Source of the DNA: Octopus vulgaris
Lineage: Eukaryota
Direction: 5' to 3'
Assembly (NCBI GenBank): GCA_951406725.2
Contig: OX597826.1
Span: 41,540,001-41,604,000, forward strand
DNA: 64,000 nt
Both the position numbers and the translations under genes were made by a program. Of the stretch, positions 27,387 through 40,766 are shown one piece after another; position 1 is the first letter of the stretch; the number at the start of each line of letters is the position of its first letter. The notes beneath the pieces were generated by a model that was not told where the DNA came from, did no database searches, and worked only from the letters and a program-made list of their open reading frames with translations.

Positions 27387-28645
27387 TGTATACTTACATG
27401 CGTACATACAAACACGCGTATGTACATGCATACACGCATACGTACTTATGCCATATGTGTGTATATATGCACGGAAGTATGTATGTGTGAATGTATCTAA
27501 CTATCTAACTAAATAACTATAACTAACTAGCTAGCTAACTAACTTACTAACTACAAACATATAAAGAAGAATGAAGTACAGTATTTTGAGACAGATTCAA
27601 ACTTCGCTACACAGAAACAAACACAAATAACCACCCCAGACTCACACAGAGCTAAGAAACCGCTACTTGGTTAGAATCAGGACTCCCCACTAACTTGAGC
27701 AACATTGGGTTTGGCTAAACCCTGAAGCCTCCAACCACGAAAATCTGTGGGGTGTGGCTCATTAGCTGTATATAGATTTGTGGTATTGTCTTAACCAACA
27801 GCTGTCATATTTGTCTTCTATAAAATCTTCCTCGTTTGCTTCACCATTGAATGTAAGATTCTCTTCGTTTGCTTCCAGTGCATTCAGCTTTGCTCATAGT
27901 CTCATGCCATCGACTCAGCAGCCATGATACCTATGCTTCTCGCGGCAGAGATGCCTCTTCGTAAGGTACCCTCGGAATGCTATTTCACTTTTATCTAAAG
28001 TCACTCCTCGCACCCTTCCTTCAGTCTATATGTGCTCCTCAGGAAGAGGAAACTAGTATTTGTAGACAATAGAAAAAAATACCGATATGTGTACTCTCTG
28101 ACCGTAGTTGTACCTTGGTTTATCGTTGGTTGTCTGTCGCTGGTGCTGGTGACATACAAGAAAATGATTTCATTATTACCTGTTCTCATGATTACTAGAT
28201 ATATGACCACTGTTGCTCTGGAAACAGCACTTGCAGCAGCCATGGTCTTCACCCCTGGGACTTGTTATTGCAGTTGTGACTGACTCACCTACAGTCTGAG
28301 GGCGCCGGTTCTCCCTTTTATTTCATCCCCGGTCTTCTTCGCTCTCCCAAAGAGCTATGACCCCAAGATAACCTTGTGATTTTAGGGCGTCATTCTGTCA
28401 TGAATATCTAAATACGCTCCATTCAAATACATGTTAACACGGGTCACCTCCATATGGATCATCTGCATGTCTTGTACAAGCCAAGAGTCACGGACTCTAC
28501 CAATATCTCTGACCATGTCCTTTATATCTTCCCATCTTCTACGATGCCAGTCAAAAAGCTTAGTGCGCATGTGTGGTGATTAGCTCTATGTTCTTGCTTC
28601 GTCTTCAGTCTGAAAATGAATGGCAAAACCAAGCATACCAAGCAT

Positions 28646-28961
28646 ACTATTTCCGTCTACCAAATTTAAGTCACAACACTTTGGTCATCGGATGATAATG
28701 GCCGAAGACACCTTTTCAACACTTAGGGTTATGTTTCTCCATAACCTTAAGTTTCTGTTACTCCATCCTTGACCATTTTGTCTATTACCCAGTTTCACTT
28801 AACCGACGACTATAATACTGTATGTGTTCTTCTTTTTTTAAGACATTGGTGGAGATTCGGTTGCTATTTCATGCAGATTGATTAACCGCCTAGAAGCACC
28901 CAATCATCCTTTATATTTAACTCCTTGTTCAGCTAATATAGTCTTCTCTAACTTATCTTTT
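28646..28961 (+). repeat. Local direct duplication, copy 2
   Basis: Matches 24351-24675 with a small deletion. Confidence 0.9.
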
Positions 28962-29497
28962 CATATGGCACGAATCAAGCGACAGAACACATACTCTGCT
29001 TCACTTTGGCCATATTTTTCTTCATATCCTTTTTACCAACGACGACAGTGGTATATATTGGCTCTTCTCGTCGACTTTTCCTCTTCTCGTCGATATTCTT
29101 AGTTCGAGGAGGTCACATCGTCTGTGATTTTCTTTCAGTTGGTACAAACTCAGTCACTCTTTCGAACCATATATTTGAAAAGAATGTAATGTCGACGATG
29201 CTAGACGTTCATTGTTACCTTGACGTTTCTTACTGCATTTTGTTTATTCCAATTAAAATTCATGCCTTCAATCCACTTTTGTGTATCTCTTCTAATTGTA
29301 CAACTCTGTGCTTAATATCGAAATTCTGTTTCTATTTACCGTTTCTTTACTCTGACTTGAAATTCACCCCGTGTGGTCACCAATCTCAAGCAATACAAGA
29401 GACCTAGGTAAAACTCTTGAAAACGTTCAAGAAACGATGGAGAAGGTGTTGTATCAGCAAGGTGGTGGTGGTGGTGGGGAGAAATTATTTTCAAAGA

Positions 29498-29654
29498 ATG
29501 TTTACGTCCCCGTAACTTAGCGGTTCGGCAAAAGAGACGATAGAATAAGTACTAGGCTTACAAAGAATAAGTCCTGGGTCGATTTGCTCGACTAAAGGCG
29601 GTGCTCCAGCATAGCCGCAGTCAAATGACTAAAACAAGTAAAAGAGTAAAGAGT
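29498..29654 (+). mobile_element. SINE family A 3' half
   Basis: Matches the family A tail. Confidence 0.85.
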
Positions 29655-29736
29655 ACAGAGAGTATGTATGTATGTATGTATGTATGTATGTATGTATGTA
29701 TGTATGTATGTATGTATGTATGTATGTATATATGTA

Positions 29737-29802
<66 letters not shown>

Positions 29803-29948
29803 TACACACGCATACTCACACTTCTTATTGTCACACACCTTTAATATATTTATCCTGTAATGCTCTTTAAACAAACACTACTGATTTATGGTTTACAGAT
29901 TTTAGAAGTGCTTGTTTGTAAAACTACACATATACATACATACATACA

Positions 29949-29979
<31 letters not shown>

Positions 29980-30215
29980 TCATACATACACATACATATA
30001 TACACCACACACAAACGCACACATACAAGGGTGCACGCACACATACAAGGGTGCACGCACATGCACCTCTCTGTATATTTACGTACATTGCATATTTCAC
30101 ATGCAAATATTCTCGCCCACCCGCTACACCTAGATAGAAGATATTGCACCCAAAAACCCAAACCCGAAAACAAACGCACGACCACTCTCCCCCCACCCCA
30201 CATACGGACACACGA

Positions 30216-30249
<34 letters not shown>

Positions 30250-30404
30250 GTACATACGCAATACCTTTCTGGGAGTCTATAATTGGTCAATTTTCATTCC
30301 TCTCTTCCCTTTTTCCAGTTTATTATGATTCCGCCGACACACCTTCGCCATCCAATGCCTGTCAATTATATCTAGCATTTTGCAACCTCACCATCAACGT
30401 TCAT

Positions 30405-30816
30405 CTCCATCACCACCACCACCACCACCACCACCACCACCACCACGACCACAACCACCACGACCACTACCACCACGACCATTACCACCACCACCACTAC
30501 CACCACCACCACCACTACCACCACCGCTACCACCACCACCAATACTACCACCACCACTACCACCACCACCACTACCACCACCACCCTACCACCACCACCA
30601 CCACCACCACCACCACCACCACCACCACCACCACCACAACCACCACCATTACCACCACCGCTACCACTACTTACTCAAAACGGAGTCAAACATAAGAAGG
30701 AAATAAAACCGTGCAAAGAACACACCAATAAGAATAAATGAAAAATGTAAATAAATGCCGCCACCACCACCACCACCACCACCACCACCACCACCACCAC
30801 CACCACCAACACCACC

Positions 30817-30851
<35 letters not shown>

Positions 30852-30995
30852 AACTACTACTACTACTACTACCACCACCACCACCACCATCACAAACTCC
30901 AACTGACACCACCACCAACACCACTACCACCACCACCACCACCACCACCACCACCACCACCACTACTAACGCTGTCACCACCAACGCCACCACCC
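30405..30995. repeat. (CCA)n/(CTA)n microsatellite cluster
   Basis: Direct reading; source of the poly-His/Pro/Thr ORFs. Confidence 0.9.
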
Positions 30996-31494
30996 ATTGA
31001 ACACCACTCGGTAACAACGCCAAAACATAATCATAATAACAACAACAACCAAAACTACAAAAACAGTGACGTAGAAACGAGCCAACGAGGAAACCCATGG
31101 CGTGCTCACTCGACCTGAGCTCACCTTAACAATAGCAACAAAAAAAAAAAACGACGGCGACAACAATAACCGCCAGCACCACCACCACCACCACCACCAC
31201 CGTAACAACAACAACAACAAGAACAACACCAATAATAACATCACTGATAACAATCGCAATAGTACAAAAAAAAATTTAGATAAAATAAATTTGAAATGAG
31301 AGTAAGAAACGATGACGACAAATGATTTGGCTATTTTTAGATGCAGTATATATACTTAAAGAGCATGCACCAGCTGTATGTATAGTCATTCCGTTCTAAT
31401 CGGATGTATTGTACACACCGCCGGAAAAAGCGATCACCCTGACTCCTTTATACGTGTATATATATAAATATGAAAATAGCCCACAATCAATTTA

Positions 31495-32659
<1,165 letters not shown>

Positions 32660-32660
<1 letters not shown>

Positions 32661-32876
32661 TGTGGATGTCTTTGTGTCTATGTTTGTCCCCTTACACCAG
32701 CGCCTGGCAACTGGTGTTGGTGTGTTTACGTCCTTGTAACGTAGTTTGTCGGCAAAAGGTTCCGATAGAATAAATACTAGGCTTTACTACTGGGGTCGAT
32801 TTGTTCGACTCAGACCCTTCAAGGCGGTGCCCCAGCATAACCGCAGTCAAATGACTGAAACAAGTAAAAGATAAAA
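32660..32876 (+). mobile_element. SINE family A 3' half (diverged)
   Basis: Tail GGCGGTGC.CCAGCAT..CCGCAGTCAAATGACTGAAACAAGTAAAAGA. Confidence 0.8.
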
Positions 32877-32895
32877 GCCACAATAGATTTGGACT

Positions 32896-33287
32896 GGGTT
32901 GATAGAAGCACCCCGTCGGTTACGACGATGAGGGTTCCGGTTGATCCGAATCAACGGAACAGCCTGCTCGTGAAATTAACGTGTAAGTGGCTGAGCACTC
33001 CACAGACACGTGCACCCTTAACGTAGTTCTCGGGTATATTCAGCGTGACACAGAGAGTGACAAAGCCGGCTCCTTGAAATACAGGTATAACAGAAATAGG
33101 AAGTAAGAGTGAGGGAAAGTTGTGGTGAAAGAGTACAGCAGGGATCACCACCAATCCCTGCCGGAGCTCGTGGAGCTTTTAGGTGTTTTCGCTCAATAAA
33201 CACTCACAACGCCCGGTCTGGGAATCGAAACCGCGATCCTATGACCGCGAGTCCGCTGCCCTAACTACTGGGCCATTGCGCCACCAC
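32896..33287 (-). mobile_element. tRNA-derived SINE family D, 11 bp TSD
   Basis: Same tRNA-like head as family C, different central and 3' domain; TSD AGATTTGGACT at 32885-32895 and 33288-33298; near-identical to 60520-60902. Confidence 0.9.
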
Positions 33288-33533
33288 AGATTTGGACTAT
33301 TATTGTGCGCAGAGCTGGACTCGACAACCCGTCTCATTCTCACGCCCCTGACTTCCTAAACCAATGGTAAGGTGAGCTGAATCGTGTGGTCGCAATACCA
33401 AGGGTATGGCGAGATGGTAAGATGCCCAGATCACCTAAGTATGTCATCCATCCTACTCGGAGATAGGAAACCCCGGGTGATGTTGCTGGATAACGCTTTT
33501 CAGACTGTTGAATCTTTACCGTAGCGTTTAGAC

Positions 33534-33892
33534 CAGTGATTCCCACCACAGGATATATGCCCCATCGGTGGAGCATGGCAAAATTGTGTTGGGGGTGTTG
33601 GTGCCGTAGTTGTCAGACACAAGGTTCTTATAAAAGTGATTCGCGTTTTTCTTATTCAATATTCTTCATTCTTTTACTTTTTGCTCAGGCAGTTGACTGC
33701 AGCCATGCTGGAGCAACGCCTTAAAAGGGTTTTAGTCGAAGAAATCGACCTCAGAATTTATTCTTTGTAACACTAGTATTTATTCTATCGGGCTCTTTTG
33801 CCGAATCGCTAAGTTACGGATACATAAATACACCACCATCTGATGTCGAGTGATGGTGGTGGTGGTGGTGGTGGGTACAAACACCTACACCC

Positions 33893-33927
<35 letters not shown>

Positions 33928-34248
33928 CGTATACATATGTATATGTATATATGTACGACGCATTTCTTTCAGCTTCCATCTATCAAATACACCCACAAGG
34001 CTTTAGTCGGCCCGAGGCTATAGTAGAAGACTCTAACCGAAGGTGCCACGCAGTAGGACTGAACTGGGAACCATGTGGTTGGGAAGCAAGCTTTTTACCA
34101 CACACCCCCATGTACTCAGTACTTAAAAGATATGCTGGCAGCTTCTTTTGTATTAAATAATTAGAATTAAATAAAATAGAAATAAAGTTGCTTTCTCCAA
34201 CCACCGGTTGGAAAAATAAAAACAAGCCTGGGGAGTTGAGAAACGCTG
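33534..34248. mobile_element. hAT (Charlie-type) non-autonomous element containing a nested SINE A
   Basis: Termini CAGTGATTCCCACC / AGTTGAGAAACGCTG; degenerate 8 bp TSD GTTTAGAC / GCTTAGAG with central TA. Confidence 0.55.
33668..34105 (-). mobile_element. SINE family A (diverged), nested
   Basis: Matches family A. Confidence 0.8.
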
Positions 34249-34553
34249 GCTTAGAGGCACGGAACCGTATGCGAGCTTCACGCAGAGCGCCTGCATGCGG
34301 AGAGATCATTAGGTGAAAAGTGAAAAAAAGGGTGCCAAGTGTGGGCCACTCACAAAACGAACAGTAACTGTCTGAGTCCTTCATATATTTACATATGAAG
34401 AGAAGGTTCTATACCTCACAGTGACCAGTGGATTCAGCGCAGGCTGAAATTCAGGAGACCAGTTACCCTTATATACGTACATACAAACAAATGTACGTAT
34501 GTGTGAGTGTGTGTGTGTGTGTGTAAGTATGTTTGGGTGTGTATGTGTTTGTC

Positions 34554-34586
<33 letters not shown>

Positions 34587-34980
34587 TTGTCTGTGTGTGT
34601 GTTTGTCTGTGTGTGTGTGTGCGTGTTAGTATGTGTGTGCGTTTATATACACACATACACACACAAGTAAGCACATAAATACAAAAGAAGATAGCAAAAA
34701 TAGTACTCGTATACAACAGGGAGAGTAATATGCTTGATATATGGCTCTGCCACTTGAATTGCCTTTTCCTCTATCTATAAATAGATAGATTCTTGGTGTT
34801 GTCTCCACTGAACGTAATAGAATAATATCAAACCCCCTCCCCCAATAGTAAATCTGAACAACAAAGTAAATTCAGTGATAAGTAGTATATCCATGAATAA
34901 ATGTCATTTACTACCACGTTTCTGTTGATGAGACTTGCCTCTCTGTCTCTATCTCCCTACCCTCTTTGTGATGTTGGTAA

Positions 34981-35246
34981 ATGGAATAAGTATAAAAATG
35001 GATCTTTTCAATTTAACTAAAAAATTCCATATGCACCTGAAGATTGCTCCACATTTTAAAACTGATGTAATACTTGCATTGTTTAATTAAATGAAGTCGC
35101 ATGAAACGATTGTACTGCACTACCTTTGGATATCCTTGTTGCTTACTTTGATTATAATCACCCCATTTTGATTTATATGAATAATACTATACCAAATTCT
35201 GGTGCCTTTAACTTAAGTACCATATTCAACTGAAACTAAATTCTTA
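34981..35246 (+). mobile_element. Penelope-like fragment with degenerate hammerhead (35032-35119)
   Basis: TGCAC CTGAAGA TTGC..long insert..GCAT GAAA CGATTG TA CTGCA; tail matches 57071-57170; ends in (TA)n. Confidence 0.55.
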
Positions 35247-35247
35247 G

Positions 35248-35298
<51 letters not shown>

Positions 35299-36018
35299 TA
35301 TAAATTCTTAGTATATATATATGTGTATATATATATATATATATTTAAATATAATAGTGTATGAAATATTCAAAGAGAAAGAGAGAGTATATATAAACTT
35401 TAAAACATTGTGATTCGGTTCCGTCACACGGAAGTGTTTTAAATGATATATCGAACTCCAATTAAATGTGTTGAGTACCATTTTCTTTCGTTTGTCCATT
35501 CACTTGTGTGTGTATGTATTCTAGAATGTTATCCATCTTATGACCGGTAACATTGGATGTATACCTTTGCCACCATGGGTAGTATCAGAAAGTACTGCGT
35601 ACATACTATAATTATAGTTTAACTTATATCAGATTTCTGGAGGCTTATACAAAATAGTGAAATGACAAGTAAGTTTCATAAGGAAAATATTTATCTTGAA
35701 ATGATATTCAATAAAACAATATTGAAAAGTAAATATAAGTTGAGAAGTTGAGAAGAAATTTATTTTCAACGTTGATTTTAGTTCATTGAAGTTCATACAC
35801 GTACACCTAATCGCCTTCTCTGTCTGTCTGTCTGTATGTCTGTTTGTTTGTCTGTTATTCCTCCTCTCCCTCCCTTGAGAAGCTGGGGACGGGTTGCAAC
35901 TTTAGAATCACAATCAGGAATGTCATAACCGGTTGAAAATCACAGAAATTCGTAGTTATCCAGTTAACGTCCCCGGCACATATACGTGCACACACACGTA
36001 CACTCAAACACACTGCGT

Positions 36019-36072
<54 letters not shown>

Positions 36073-36120
36073 ACACACACTCACACACACATACGCAGAC
36101 ACACACATACATATACACAC

Positions 36121-36670
36121 AAAAAGAGAATAAAAATGGCGTTTAAAATTTACGACAGCAATTTCGGTAGAATTTTATTGATGTTTTCATAGATTAGATT
36201 ATAACATACAATCCACCAACTTCGAGTAAAATTTTAAGGGGGTAAGATGTCAAACAGGTAAGATTTCCTACATCGAATCCTACACAACGAATCCAACGTC
36301 GTAGGATTGGTCATGTTCGACGTGTAACCTGTTTGACATCTTAACCTCTTTAAAAGTTTACCTGAAGATGGTGGGTTCTATGTTATGACACAGTCTATGA
36401 ATGCACTTACAAATGTCTACCGAAACGGCCGTCGTGCATTTTTAAATGCCATTTGTGTTCTCTTTTTATACCTAAACCCCACATGGAAGCGACCCCAGAG
36501 TCATATCTACAGTTTAAATGGGATTTGGTTCTAACGCCTCTACAGTATCCAACCAGCATTTGATATCTTAATTGCTGTTTACCTCACTGTGAACTCTACA
36601 TTATTGTACTGAGCTATTTCTGGCGTCCTACTTGTCCATGTGCCTAGGTTCTAGTGAAATCTTAGAACTA
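36121..36670 (+). mobile_element. Foldback Penelope-like element: about 350 bp imperfect palindrome (36121-36467) plus tail
   Basis: Arms pair end to end (AAAAAGAGAA/TTCTCTTTTT, AAATGGC/GCCATTT, TTTCGGTAGA/TCTACCGAAA, TAAGATGTCAAACAGGT/ACCTGTTTGACATCTTA); between microsatellites. Confidence 0.75.
36357..36438 (+). ncRNA. Minimal type I hammerhead ribozyme, intact core, long stem II insert
   Basis: TTTAC CTGAAGA T GGTGG..CTACC GAAA CGGCCG TC GT; palindromic ACGGCCGT stem III; predicted cleavage after GUC at 36433; the mirror arm preserves GTCGTAAA, which completes stem I. Confidence 0.7.
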
Positions 36671-36707
36671 ATACATATATACATACACATATATATACAT
36701 AGTCACA

Positions 36708-36995
<288 letters not shown>

Positions 36996-38147
36996 AGTGA
37001 AACTACATCACATTACTATATATATATTATTGTTTCACTTTTGACATGTAATAACGAACCAGTCAAAGAGATTGCTTCGGGACCGCATTAGGCAAGAAGT
37101 TTGAACATTTTTTTGGCCCATGACACTCCATGGTCCCTAAGTAATGCATGTGTAAAAAATGTTAAAAAGTGTAAAAAAAGTGATACAAAATAAGATCTGT
37201 ATTGTAATGTGATTAAATATTGTTTCAGTTTTATTCTTTCACTTTTAATTTTAATACGATAACACTAAGATTATCTTATTTTACACATTTACCGTTCAGT
37301 TACCAGTTAATAATGATTGCAGCAGTTGCAAGGTTTGCAAGGTATTTACAGTTACATATTAACCCTTAAATTAACATTTAATACATGTGCTTAATCTATA
37401 TATAAAAAATTATTTGTCTCCCTTTCTGTTCCCAATGAATTCTCAAACGGTTCCACCAAATCAAATCAAATTTTACAAGATAATAGTATCATACCCCACG
37501 AATGGCAACTTGGGGTTGTGATACTATTGTATCGCGTGGGGTGTGATACGAAATGATAATGGCAAAGTCTATCCTCTTGAATACCTGAACTCAGGGTGCG
37601 AAGTCGGAAAAAATATTGCTAAGCATTTTGTCTGGCACAGTAACGATTCTGCCAGCTCGTCACCTTTGCGTATAGAATTAAATATCAGCCGTAAGGATAT
37701 AATAATATTCAATGCAAAGATAAAAAACAAAATAACTTTGCTTCCGGCAGACACAGAGACACACAGACACACACACACGCACGCACGCACACATACACAC
37801 GCACACACACACAGACACACACACACGCGCACGCACACACACACACTCACACACAGAGAAACGAAATAGACAAATATAACATAATGACACAGTGTATGTA
37901 TAAAAAATAATGTTTAGTTGAAACATAACACTGTTAAATTAGATTTATTACAGTAAGGTAAAGATACATTTAGTTCAACAGTTTGGAGTAAAGATGGCGG
38001 AAAAGTAAATGAATTTTGCTTAAAATGTCAGAAATGGCAGCTTCTTGACATAGGCTGTTTGTTTTTCGTTTCCATTTTAAACTTTATTTACACATCTACA
38101 GATACATACATTTGCACATATGCACCTATATGCATATAAATTTGTAC

Positions 38148-38224
<77 letters not shown>

Positions 38225-38320
38225 CATATATACATACATATCTACATATCTACAAAGATGTATACATACAAATGTAGGTAAATACCTACGCACACACACC
38301 CATCCACTTGCGTGTGTATG

Positions 38321-38360
<40 letters not shown>

Positions 38361-38363
38361 CAC

Positions 38364-38432
<69 letters not shown>

Positions 38433-39186
38433 ACAAGGATACATATATACGAAATTACTCGCTTACATATATATATGAGCATAAAGGTATACATACATAC
38501 AGACATACACATATGTATGCATAGACGCATATATAAAGGAGTACAGTACTATATATAAAAATATACTATATAAATACCTACACACATATACAAACATCCG
38601 TATTACTTTCTATTCTATCTACAGCTTTCTTTCTCTTTCTTCACTCACACACCTTAACAAATATCCAAGCACGCACGCGCACACAAAAACACACATACAC
38701 ACACGCACTTGCTATACTCAAATATAGAGTCGCTCCTATAATCGCCGATAGACATGTGTAAAAAATGTCCACCCACGCGCACATGCACAAACTTGCTGAC
38801 CTGCACGCAGCAAAGACACACACACACACACACGCGCGCATACACACACACATACACACACGCATGCAAAGACACACACACACACATACACACACACATG
38901 CAAAGATACACACACACACAAAGTTACAGAATATCGCATTCTGCTAGAGTTTATACATCCGAAAATATTTCGCACAAACACGTCCAGATGTGTCCATGAA
39001 TGAAATACCTTCATTGTTGCTCACACACACACACATCAACGCGCGCGCACACTCATGCATACACACACTTACGCACACGCACATATGCAAAGCACATACA
39101 GAGGAACACATACACCCGGGCACACAAATACTTATACACATACACATAAATACATATAAATATGAAATATATTAAGAGACACTTAA

Positions 39187-39581
39187 GGCGCAGGAGTGGC
39201 TGTGTGGTAAGTAGCTTGCTAACTAGTCACATGGTTCCGGGTTCAGTCCCACTGCGTGGCATCTTGGGCAAGTGTCTTCTGCTATAGCCCCGGACCGACC
39301 AATGCCTTGTGAGTGGATTTGGTAGACGGAAACTGAAAGAAGCCTGTCGTCTATATCTATATATATATGTGTGTGTGTTTGTGTGTCTGTGTTTGTCCCC
39401 CTAGCATTGCTTGACAACCGATGCCGGTGTGTTTACGTCCCCGTCACAAAGAGACCGATAAAATAAGTACTGGGCTTACAAAGAATAAGTCCCGGGGTCG
39501 ATTTGGTCGACTAAAGGCGGTGCTCTAGCATGGCCGCAGTCAGATGACTGAAACAAGTAAAAGAGTAATAGAGTAAAAGAG
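39187..39581 (+). mobile_element. SINE family A, full length
   Basis: Matches family A. Confidence 0.9.
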
Positions 39582-39757
39582 ACACTGAAAATATAGTCGT
39601 CGTCGTCGTCGTCATCGTTGGACCCTAATTCAGACCCAATCAAGCCGACTTATGATCAAAGCTATTCTAAGAGTGACCATACCACTAAATTCGGGGTAGC
39701 TACGGCTATATTATTTAATGCCTTCTTCCTATTTCTTATGATCGAAATAATCAAATA

Positions 39758-39911
39758 TACATTATTTACATTATTTACATTCGACGGATATTTGTTCTCG
39801 TCACTACGCCATATGCTCACTACGCCATATGCCCACGGGCATATGGTGTACTGGTTAAGAGCACGGGCTACTAACCCCAAGATTCCGAGTTCGATTCCAA
39901 GCAGTGACCTA

Positions 39912-39967
<56 letters not shown>

Positions 39968-40172
39968 CAACAACAACAACATCAAAAAATATCTTAGGAA
40001 TGAGAACCCAGGTTCGAAATTTCCCCAAGACACCTGAAGAAGGCTGGAGGGTATTTCAGCCGAAACGTTGTGTTAACAACAAAAAAGAGAAGGACAAATA
40101 TCCGTCGAACGTAAATAATGTAAATAATGTAAATAATGTACATAATTCCTCATCCCTTAAATATAGAACTGT
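39758..40172 (+). mobile_element. Composite element: inverted 3' copy + tRNA-like Pol III head + (AAT/AAC)n + hammerhead + tail
   Basis: 39758-39802 is the reverse complement of about 40088-40131; head 39837-39910 with A box TGGTGTACTGG and B box GAGTTCGATTC; hammerhead 40029-40074. Confidence 0.8.
40029..40074 (+). ncRNA. Minimal type I hammerhead ribozyme, intact core
   Basis: GACAC CTGAAGA A GGCTGGA-GGGTAT-TTCAGCC GAAA CG TT GTGTT; loopless palindromic ACGT stem III; predicted cleavage after 40069. Confidence 0.75.
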
Positions 40173-40199
40173 ATAAGCAAATATTGCTGCGTAAATCTT

Positions 40200-40418
40200 T
40201 ATCTTTTATCTTCTCTCTGTTTCAGTCATTAGACTTTGGTCATGTTGGGGCACCGCCTTGAAGAATTTTAGTCGAACGAATAGACCAACGGGCTTATCTT
40301 TTAATCCTGGTACTTATTCCATCGGTCTCTTTTACTAAACTATTAAGTTACGCGGACGTAAACACACCAATACCTGTTGTCAAGCGGAGGTGAAGACAAA
40401 CATTCACAAAACTCACAT

Positions 40419-40488
<70 letters not shown>

Positions 40489-40530
40489 ATATATATATAT
40501 GTATATATATGTATATATATACATATATAT

Positions 40531-40622
<92 letters not shown>

Positions 40623-40766
40623 GACGGGCTTCTTTCAGTTTCCGTCTACCAAATTCACTCATAAGGCTTTGGTCGGTCCGTGTCTATAGCAGAAGACACT
40701 TACCCAAGGTGCCATGCAGTGAGACTGAACATGGGACCATGTGGTTGCGAAGCAAACTTCTTACCG
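40200..40766 (-). mobile_element. SINE family A with expanded internal (TA)n/(TG)n
   Basis: Family A halves separated by about 200 bp of microsatellite. Confidence 0.85.

Noticed and set aside
29040-29490. Possible mariner remnant (FKKRWRRC..NYF-like C-terminus)
   Set aside because: Too degenerate to support from sequence alone
30144-31299. Poly-His/Pro (formin- or extensin-like) ORFs
   Set aside because: Translations of (CCA)n microsatellites, open on both strands
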